IMG/VR virus record: IMGVR_UViG_3300042934_000980
Span: 156,496-220,495 of that record
Strand: one strand, 5' to 3'
Length of the DNA stretch: 64,000 nucleotides
In this document: in pieces, positions 1 through 6,598 of the stretch
Layout: every line of letters begins with the position of its first letter
How positions within the stretch are numbered: position 1 is the first letter of the stretch
Made by a program: the position numbers and the translations under genes
The notes under the pieces: model-generated
The model's input: the letters and a program-made list of their open reading frames with translations, nothing else
Database searches by the model: none
What the model was told of the DNA's origin: nothing

Positions 1-113
1 TTACGGCGAATCATCTGGATCAACTTTAACCGAGCGTCAAGCTCTTTTAAGTAATCCGGGATGACGGTGCAAGGTTGACGTCGGTTGGGGAACAACGGAA
101 TAACTTCACCCAT
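1..113 (-). CDS. small hypothetical protein, runs off window edge
   Basis: ATG at 113, open to window start (MGEVIPLFPNRRQP...); not in ORF track; lies just downstream of 124..498. Confidence 0.5.
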   Translation of the reverse strand, partial: MGEVIPLFPNRRQPCTVIPDYLKELDARLKLIQMIRR

Positions 114-123
114 GACTTAACCC

Positions 124-498
124 TTAATGCAAGGAGCCAGAGCGACCGTGCCCTTTGCTGGATTTGTTCATGGCGGCCGAGACCAGAGGGCTCTTCCAGT
201 TCTGGTCTTCGTTCATCAGCTTGAGCAGAGATGGGCTGGACTTCACCAGAGGACTCATCTCCATTTCAAACCGACCGCCTTTGCGGATGTGCAGTACGCC
301 CAGTTGGTGACCGATCTCGGTACTGGCAAATTCAATGAAATCACCTTCGTTGCAGTAGCTGATGGCCAGCTGCAACATCCGTGGCATCGCGGTGTCAAAG
401 TAACTGTAGTGACGGACCATGATGACTTCTTTGGATTTACCGCGAGTCATGGTGGCGACAACACGGCGACGATGGATACTGCTAACTTCTTTACTCAT
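124..498 (-). CDS. hypothetical protein
   Basis: 124-aa ORF co-oriented with neighbours. Confidence 0.7.
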   Translation of the reverse strand: MSKEVSSIHRRRVVATMTRGKSKEVIMVRHYSYFDTAMPRMLQLAISYCNEGDFIEFASTEIGHQLGVLHIRKGGRFEMEMSPLVKSSPSLLKLMNEDQNWKSPLVSAAMNKSSKGHGRSGSLH

Positions 499-565
499 GG
501 TTATTCTAACCCCAATTATTTGGTTTACTGGTACTTAAGCAACATACGTCTAAGACCGACCGGTC

Positions 566-1159
566 TTATAAGGCTTCGATTGCTAGGCGGTGTTGATCCA
601 CCCGATCGCCGAACACTTTCAAATACATGTCAGGATAACGAACATATCCACCTCGGCTGTACTTTTGTTTGAGGTGTTGGGTTGCACCCTCTCTGCATTC
701 ATCTTCTGAATAATGAGGGTGGGTCTTTTTCAGGTAGGACATGGCGCGACCGATCATGTGATCGATGTTGCCTGGAAACTCCCGGTCAGCTGAGTTAATC
801 AGCTCACAGAAAGTATTCTTGAACGACCCTTTAAAGGACGCACGGTGCTGGCCACACCCCCAAGCCACCAACATGGTTTCTGAAGGGCTCAGGTTTTCAA
901 GTATCACCGGATGATCGGTAGTGCTCATCCAATGAAATGCCAGTTCATGGTGGTTGTTGCGACTCCAAGCGAAGAAGTCGTGGAAGTAGGCGGCGAACAG
1001 AATGAGCTTAGGGTCAAACCCCAAGTCCAGTTGTTGGTTGATCACAAGACCGGTTTGATAAACCGTTTCGAAATGACCTTGCCGGTGGGCCGGATCGTTC
1101 ATCTCCCACTTGTCAGCAAAAGCATTAACAATCTGTTGCGTGAGCGGATGCTTATTCAT
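566..1159 (-). CDS. HD-domain phosphohydrolase
   Basis: H-x3-H (AHRQGH), AAYFHD, HH, H and ADR acidic motif in canonical HD order; early-promoter motif about 35 nt upstream. Confidence 0.85.
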   Translation of the reverse strand: MNKHPLTQQIVNAFADKWEMNDPAHRQGHFETVYQTGLVINQQLDLGFDPKLILFAAYFHDFFAWSRNNHHELAFHWMSTTDHPVILENLSPSETMLVAWGCGQHRASFKGSFKNTFCELINSADREFPGNIDHMIGRAMSYLKKTHPHYSEDECREGATQHLKQKYSRGGYVRYPDMYLKVFGDRVDQHRLAIEAL

Positions 1160-1194
1160 AATCTTCCTAAGAAGGTTGGTTACTTATCCTCCAA

Positions 1195-1202
1195 GTAATA
1201 TA
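1195..1202 (-). promoter_or_regulatory. phiKZ-type early promoter core TATATTAC
   Basis: GTAATATA on + strand, intergenic, upstream of 566..1159; matches published phiKZ early consensus. Confidence 0.7.
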
Positions 1203-1246
1203 GGTCTAAGATGCTCTGTAAGTTAAAAATAAAAACACTGAATAAC

Positions 1247-1274
1247 CCCCTACCTCCCCTAGGGGAGGTAGGGG
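1247..1274 (-). terminator. intrinsic terminator hairpin
   Basis: CCCCTACCTCCC-CTAG-GGGAGGTAGGGG perfect stem after 1297..1854, T-rich run follows on minus strand. Confidence 0.8.
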
Positions 1275-1296
1275 TATTCTTAATCAATCCAGTTGC

Positions 1297-1854
1297 TTAG
1301 CAGGTGACCTTGAAAATCAGTTGTTCGTAGTACTCTTGGGTAAACGCCTGATCCACCATGCGCGGCATGCCAGAGAAACCGAACTCTTTGAACAACAAGA
1401 TCTTGCCCCGAAATGATTGCAGCAAGTGCTTTTCCATGAACGCTTCAATCGAGTCGTTCATGATGTCTTGCTCATCGTCCGGGTTCCAACGGTCATCGCG
1501 CCGCAACCATTTAGGGTTGGCACGAATCTCAAACCCGTAGATCTGGTCCTGGTCCATGATCATGCCGTGGTTACCATCGTCGCGCAGCGCCTGCATGATG
1601 ATGGGGATGTCGTTGATCTCTTTGAAAGCTTCTTTGAGAAACTTCACTGGGTCACCGGCTTTCAGCACACTCGACACCACCCCACGCTTGGCATGCGCCG
1701 GCACTTCAGGGTCGTTCATCAAGCGCAGCGCCAGCTTCTTAAGCTTCTTGATGTTGGTGGTGAAGTGGTCCTCAAAGTACTTAAGTACCCGCCCTTCCTG
1801 CTCCAGCGGCGATTGACTAGCGTCGCCTACAAACGCCGGTGCGCCCTTTTGCAT
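1297..1854 (-). CDS. hypothetical protein
   Basis: 185-aa ORF, start overlaps stop of upstream gene. Confidence 0.75.
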   Translation of the reverse strand: MQKGAPAFVGDASQSPLEQEGRVLKYFEDHFTTNIKKLKKLALRLMNDPEVPAHAKRGVVSSVLKAGDPVKFLKEAFKEINDIPIIMQALRDDGNHGMIMDQDQIYGFEIRANPKWLRRDDRWNPDDEQDIMNDSIEAFMEKHLLQSFRGKILLFKEFGFSGMPRMVDQAFTQEYYEQLIFKVTC

Positions 1855-2042
1855 TACACCACCCCCAAAGCTTGCATGAGCTTCTCAACCGCCAAGTACC
1901 AAGCCCACGGAAAGCAGACGATGGCCACGCAGGTGCTCACGAAGCCTTTGGCGGCGACCACTCCAAGGAGCCACAGAAACAACCAGAAGCTGGCCACCCA
2001 ACCGTGCTTACTACCCAAGCTAAATGAAAACTTCATATCCAC
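1854..2042 (-). CDS. small membrane protein
   Basis: 62 aa with two hydrophobic segments. Confidence 0.65.
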   Translation of the reverse strand: MDMKFSFSLGSKHGWVASFWLFLWLLGVVAAKGFVSTCVAIVCFPWAWYLAVEKLMQALGVV

Positions 2043-2323
2043 TTCCTTAACCAGTTCTTTAGCCGCACCTTAAAGGGCACATGCTCTTTGAGTTCAGGGA
2101 TTCGTTCAGGGTTGACCTTAATAGTCAACAAGGCCTGCTCGATTTCTTTTGCTTCATCCTCCAATGCCAGCGCTTCACGGCGCAGCGCGGCAGAGGCTTC
2201 AGGGTCGCTGTGGTACAAGGCCCAACTACCCTGGTGTTTACGCTGGGCTTCTTCGAGCAGGTGTTGACGTGACAGTGTTAAGTGGTGCTTATTCTGGTTA
2301 TACTTGCGACCGCTCAATGGCAT
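2033..2323 (-). CDS. hypothetical protein
   Basis: 96 aa, helical/coiled-coil character, overlaps neighbours operon-style. Confidence 0.65.
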   Translation of the reverse strand: MPLSGRKYNQNKHHLTLSRQHLLEEAQRKHQGSWALYHSDPEASAALRREALALEDEAKEIEQALLTIKVNPERIPELKEHVPFKVRLKNWLRKWI

Positions 2324-2640
2324 GATAAACCTTCTTCAGATTCAAGGAATTTGATCATGTCCTCAGCGAAGAGGGCATGCACCGGGGCAAAGTTCTTGGC
2401 GCGTTGCACCAGTGACGCGGTGATGGACACAAAGTAGTGATCGGCACTGCCTTGGGCGACAAAGTACATCCCCTTGACGATCCCCACAGTCTCATTCCAC
2501 ACCACGTAAACGTTTCGCTTTACTCCATTACCGAGCTCCAGCACTACCTCACCCAAAAAGACTTTATCTTTGGTGAGTTGATCAACGCCGATGTCAAGTA
2601 CGGTTGGATTAAGACGTTGCTTCATAAACAGGTACCTCAA
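2314..2640 (-). CDS. hypothetical protein
   Basis: 108-aa ORF in operon. Confidence 0.65.
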   Translation of the reverse strand: MRYLFMKQRLNPTVLDIGVDQLTKDKVFLGEVVLELGNGVKRNVYVVWNETVGIVKGMYFVAQGSADHYFVSITASLVQRAKNFAPVHALFAEDMIKFLESEEGLSCH

Positions 2641-2695
2641 TTACAAAATAGCGGACATAAGCCCAGTGCCGGTTAATCGCCGGCACTGGTACTAC

Positions 2696-3820
2696 TTACT
2701 TAACAGCGTCTCGTTGCTCGTTACACCAAGCACGCAGCGCTTTGCCTTCACTATCATCCAGGTTGTCGAGGGTGTCCTCCAACTTGGAAAGATTGTCTTT
2801 GGCAGTTTTCTTCGCCCCGTTCTCAATGTTGCCCTGGATCTGCTTAACCAGCTTTTGAACGCTGGCCAGCTTAGCCTGAGGCACATCTTTGAACAGTTCG
2901 TCAGTGTTCTCCGGCGTTGCAGGTGTGGCTGGGGTAGAAGGAGCCGGGGAGCTACCGTCGGTGGGTGAAGGGGGTACCGGGGTGGTTGGCTTCTCAGGGG
3001 CCGTCGGCTTAAGCGGCGGCAACTGGAAACGCTCAGGAGCATCAAGGTCAAACTGTTCGTTGACCCGCCAGAACGCACCCTCGTCCAGATCAATGATGTC
3101 CAGATCTAGGGTATCACCGTGGTACAGGGCGCACTCAAAGTGAGCCATGATCGCGGTGCCGTCTTTTTGCTCTTTCACCGGCAGCTTAATGTCGGTCTGG
3201 CAGTACAGCCCCCACTTGGCGTACAACCCTTTGTCTTCACTGTACGAGCCGTCTTGGTTGATCTTGACGGTCTTGATGATGGGGTTGTTGGACTTCCAGT
3301 TGAAACCGGCAACAAAGGTGTCTTTGTTGAAGCCAAACGCCAGGTCATAGATCTGACCCCGCTTAACACCCTTGACCAAGATGAACGGCTTTTCCTTGGC
3401 CTTGAAGGTCTCAGCCAACTGCACGTTCAGGTAGTAGGTGTCGGTTTCTTTGTCGTACAGCCACTGTCCTTTAACCAACGGACGGGTGGAGCTGCCGTGC
3501 CACTGAAGCCCGATGGCTTTGCCGTCTGGCCCCAGGTCAAAGATGGCCTGACGTACTGCGATGACGCTGCCTTTGTACTGGCCAATCTTGGCCGCCGCCT
3601 TGTTACCCGTTTTAGGATCCATCTCACGGGTTTCAGAACGACCGTACTTGGTATTCTCAGTGGGCTTAAGGTCAGCCCCCTTGGTGCGTACGATCGAAAT
3701 GATCCGGTCTTTTCGACTGGTGTCCCAGAACTCGTTGTTGAGGTTGGGCAAGTCTTTTTGACTGGTGGTCTTGTTGCAAGGGTCGGTGTGGTTAAAGCAG
3801 TTAATCTGCGCAAATGGCAT
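2696..3820 (-). CDS. polysaccharide lyase family 7 (alginate lyase-like) with Pro/Thr linker and C-terminal helical domain
   Basis: TENTKYGRSETRE, IGLQWH and LYAKWGLYCQ correspond to the PL7 motifs RSELRE, QIH and YFKAGxYxQ; start placed at MPFAQ (ORF track starts at 3865). Confidence 0.75.
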   Translation of the reverse strand: MPFAQINCFNHTDPCNKTTSQKDLPNLNNEFWDTSRKDRIISIVRTKGADLKPTENTKYGRSETREMDPKTGNKAAAKIGQYKGSVIAVRQAIFDLGPDGKAIGLQWHGSSTRPLVKGQWLYDKETDTYYLNVQLAETFKAKEKPFILVKGVKRGQIYDLAFGFNKDTFVAGFNWKSNNPIIKTVKINQDGSYSEDKGLYAKWGLYCQTDIKLPVKEQKDGTAIMAHFECALYHGDTLDLDIIDLDEGAFWRVNEQFDLDAPERFQLPPLKPTAPEKPTTPVPPSPTDGSSPAPSTPATPATPENTDELFKDVPQAKLASVQKLVKQIQGNIENGAKKTAKDNLSKLEDTLDNLDDSEGKALRAWCNEQRDAVK

Positions 3821-3881
3821 GATGAAAGCCTCTGTGGTGATGGAATGCCCTGGGTACTCACTCAAGGCATAACATCCACGG

Positions 3882-4157
3882 TCAACCTTCCAACTGCCGC
3901 TTTAACTGCTCCCTGAGCAACGCCATCTTTTCACCCAGCGCCAGCATGCGCAGCACCACGTTCTCGCGCTCTGTAACCGTTGCGAAGGTGGGGATCGAAT
4001 CACGCAGGTTGGCGATCCGCATTTCAAGCGACAGGATCTCAAGCGACAGACCCAGTTTTTCCGTGGTTTGCGGGGAATCGAGAAGCTGCAACGTGTTAGG
4101 AAACGTTGGTTGCGCACGGCGGTGTTTGAACTCCGCCATGTAGATTACTTGACCCAT
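3882..4157 (-). CDS. hypothetical protein
   Basis: 91 aa, GAGG SD upstream, coiled-coil-like C-terminus. Confidence 0.7.
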   Translation of the reverse strand: MGQVIYMAEFKHRRAQPTFPNTLQLLDSPQTTEKLGLSLEILSLEMRIANLRDSIPTFATVTERENVVLRMLALGEKMALLREQLKRQLEG

Positions 4158-4208
4158 ATAGCACCTCGTAATGATAGTTAGAGCTTACGGTTAAGCGTAG
4201 CTGTTCGA

Positions 4209-4331
4209 CTATGTTGCTTGCACGATAAAAACAAAGCCTGCGATAACAACCCCCACAACCAACCCCACCACCATTACAAAAATGAAGAAGGACCGGTTTG
4301 CTTTAAAGTACTCTTTCCAAAACCCTTCCAT
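4209..4331 (-). CDS. 40-aa single-pass membrane peptide
   Basis: MEGFWKEYFKANRSFFIFVMVVGLVVGVVIAGFVFIVQAT; below ORF-track cutoff, fills an intergenic gap. Confidence 0.55.
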   Translation of the reverse strand: MEGFWKEYFKANRSFFIFVMVVGLVVGVVIAGFVFIVQAT

Positions 4332-4359
4332 ACAAAAAATACCCCTAATCAGTTATAAA

Positions 4360-4385
4360 CCTAGTGCCGGAAAACCGGCACTAGG
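4360..4385 (-). terminator. terminator hairpin
   Basis: CCTAGTGCCGG-AAAA-CCGGCACTAGG after 4392..4631. Confidence 0.7.
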
Positions 4386-4391
4386 GTATTC

Positions 4392-4631
4392 TTAGCTTTT
4401 CTTGCTTAGCGTTTGAAGTTGCTTATTCAAACCCTGCAATTGCTGGTGCAGTTCTTGAATGTACAACGCCACCTGTTGTTGATCAACAGGGTCTTTAACA
4501 GAAGCTGATGCCAAAGACAACGCACGAATACGCTTGGCCAGAGCGTCCATGCGTGTTCTGATTTCAAGTATATCCTTTTTTGTTAAACGGCCGGATGGAG
4601 AAAAATCTGCCATTTGAATCGCCACACCCAT
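4392..4631 (-). CDS. hypothetical coiled-coil protein
   Basis: 79 aa, heptad-like. Confidence 0.6.
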   Translation of the reverse strand: MGVAIQMADFSPSGRLTKKDILEIRTRMDALAKRIRALSLASASVKDPVDQQQVALYIQELHQQLQGLNKQLQTLSKKS

Positions 4632-4645
4632 GTGCTGGGGACCTT

Positions 4646-4906
4646 TTATTTTCGGTTAGGTTGCTGAAGCACAAGCGGAGGGACATCCCTGCCCAGCGAC
4701 AAGAAGTACTGAGTTCTCCTCGCAATAGCCTCTTCGAGTATCGCATTGGCAAGCGCGGTGATGCGTCGCCGTTTCCTAGGTAGGGTCCAAAAACGAATGG
4801 ACCCATAGAGTCGTTCCGCTTCATCGATCAGATCACCGATAAGTCTGAGCTCGTTTACGCGGTACAAAGCACAGTGGGTGTTCTTTAAAGCGACCACCTT
4901 GTTCAC
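4646..4906 (-). CDS. hypothetical protein
   Basis: 86 aa, GTG start with GGAG SD. Confidence 0.65.
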   Translation of the reverse strand: MNKVVALKNTHCALYRVNELRLIGDLIDEAERLYGSIRFWTLPRKRRRITALANAILEEAIARRTQYFLSLGRDVPPLVLQQPNRK

Positions 4907-4915
4907 AACTCCTCC

Positions 4916-5773
4916 TTAGAACTTAGAGGCTTCGACTTGTTCTTTGGTGAGGTTGTAGTAGTAATAATCAAGGGTACGGCGAGGAAACTGGTCTTCACCC
5001 CCTACCCAGGCTTGCAACCAGCGACCCGACTGCCCTACCCCTACGGTATAGTGTGCAAAGCGCTTGGAAAGGGCTATCGCCAAATCAGCAATGTCTTCCT
5101 TTTCCAAGGCCCAGACTTCCATCGATACTGTGCCCAAGGCGAGCTCGATACGAAAGTTTTGGACAAACTTAGGTATCGTTTTCATGATCACGCCCTTAAA
5201 CCCAAGCTTGAACGCGTAGTCCTCGCGGATCAGGAAGGGCTTGCCGTCTATGTTCCAAGCTACCAGCTTACCGTAGTTGCGCTCATGACCATTCTCGTCG
5301 GTACGAATAACGTCTTCGATAACCTTGGAATGTTCTGTATCCCCATGGCGCCCAACTTCGATATTGCCCACATGGACATGCTCTTCGACGTCTACCGCAG
5401 GTGCTGTTACCGAAAGGTTAAAAGGTTCGCCACCGGTGTCAATGTAGGCCTGCACCAACCGCTGGATGACCTTGCGATGGTCTTGCTGCTCAAACACCAT
5501 AAACCAGTGATCGCCCATGGCGTGTTCATGGCCCATGCAGTCCAGGTCCAAACCAAAAGACTCGCCAGTGTCCGGGGCACGGGTCATGAGCTCCAGATGC
5601 TCGTCGCTGTTGTTAACCTGGAGTTCCAGCAAACCCTGAGCATAGAAGCTATGCCCTACCCCCGCATTACTGCCCTTGATAAGGATATCACCAAAGAACG
5701 TCTCGCGGTCAAAGGGGCTGTACAGCGTGCCGGCGGGCAATTCGAGAAACTTTTTCAGGTTTACAATTTTCAT
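4916..5773 (-). CDS. hypothetical protein (MKIVN..FLxLPAGT phage-type N-terminal domain plus second domain)
   Basis: 285 aa; N-terminus resembles a common phage hypothetical family (recognition by eye only). Confidence 0.75.
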   Translation of the reverse strand: MKIVNLKKFLELPAGTLYSPFDRETFFGDILIKGSNAGVGHSFYAQGLLELQVNNSDEHLELMTRAPDTGESFGLDLDCMGHEHAMGDHWFMVFEQQDHRKVIQRLVQAYIDTGGEPFNLSVTAPAVDVEEHVHVGNIEVGRHGDTEHSKVIEDVIRTDENGHERNYGKLVAWNIDGKPFLIREDYAFKLGFKGVIMKTIPKFVQNFRIELALGTVSMEVWALEKEDIADLAIALSKRFAHYTVGVGQSGRWLQAWVGGEDQFPRRTLDYYYYNLTKEQVEASKF

Positions 5774-5819
5774 GACGTAATCCTTTTACGGTTTTAATAA
5801 GTGGTTATTACTCCCCTGA

Positions 5820-5827
5820 ATAATGTA
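5820..5827 (-). promoter_or_regulatory. variant early promoter (TACATTAT)
   Basis: same flanking GGTCTGAGA context as TATATTAC sites; upstream of 4916..5773. Confidence 0.45.
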
Positions 5828-5945
5828 GGTCTGAGATTCATTTAAATGTAATGCGGCGTTAAATATAATTTGCAGTGTCAGTATTTTTACCCCGATGATT
5901 TTATGTTCCATCCCCCTAAATACCTTTATCAACTGTGGAACTCCT

Positions 5946-6530
5946 ATGGCCTTTCCTAATCAGCAACTGTTTTTGGACAGGTTCATCGCTTATAACAAAA
6001 ACAGATATAAGGATGATCCTGAAATCGTTGAGGCGCTGAATGCCCTTCAGCTCGGCGCTGTCACCTTCCTCAATCCCCGTAAAGAGACCGTCGACGGGGT
6101 CACCCAGCACCTGACTGACCTGAACGTTCCAGGGGTGCTGACGGCGGTCAACCAACGTTTCATCCCAGCCGATTACCCCCTTCACGGTGTGGCTCAGCTT
6201 GTTTCTGAAAATCCACTGGTCATGGCTGACCTGCAACTGGAAATGGAAGCCGGGGTATATTGGTTGCGCACTGACGAGGACGGCAGCAAGGTCGGGGCCC
6301 TGTTGGTAGCACATGGTGAAAAGACCGAAGCCAACGTGCTCTCTTTGATCAAAGGCAAGTGCCTGTTTGATCTGCAAGACAGCGAAATCACGGTCAACGA
6401 CGACGTCACCCAAGTGGCGATCGACTCTCCGACGATCACCGGTCTTTTGGCCGTGGTGGAATCGCTGGGTGATATCACCGAGGCTGTCTACAACGGCGAC
6501 TTCGCTTTTGACGGCACCCTGACTTACTAA
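5946..6530 (+). CDS. putative virion protein, paralog of 20506..21099 and 21216..21785
   Basis: FLDRFIAYNKNRYKDD vs FVTRFVAFNLNRYKDD; start placed at MAFPN. Confidence 0.75.
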   Translation: MAFPNQQLFLDRFIAYNKNRYKDDPEIVEALNALQLGAVTFLNPRKETVDGVTQHLTDLNVPGVLTAVNQRFIPADYPLHGVAQLVSENPLVMADLQLEMEAGVYWLRTDEDGSKVGALLVAHGEKTEANVLSLIKGKCLFDLQDSEITVNDDVTQVAIDSPTITGLLAVVESLGDITEAVYNGDFAFDGTLTY

Positions 6531-6598
6531 GGACAGAAGTAGGGGGCTCCACAGGCGTAGCACCGACACACATTTATATTTCCTCAAGGGAAGTTATC

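Noticed and set aside
4392-4631. Small helical proteins as Acb2/Tad1/Tad2 nucleotide sponges
   Set aside because: None of the small ORFs show the recognisable motifs of those families
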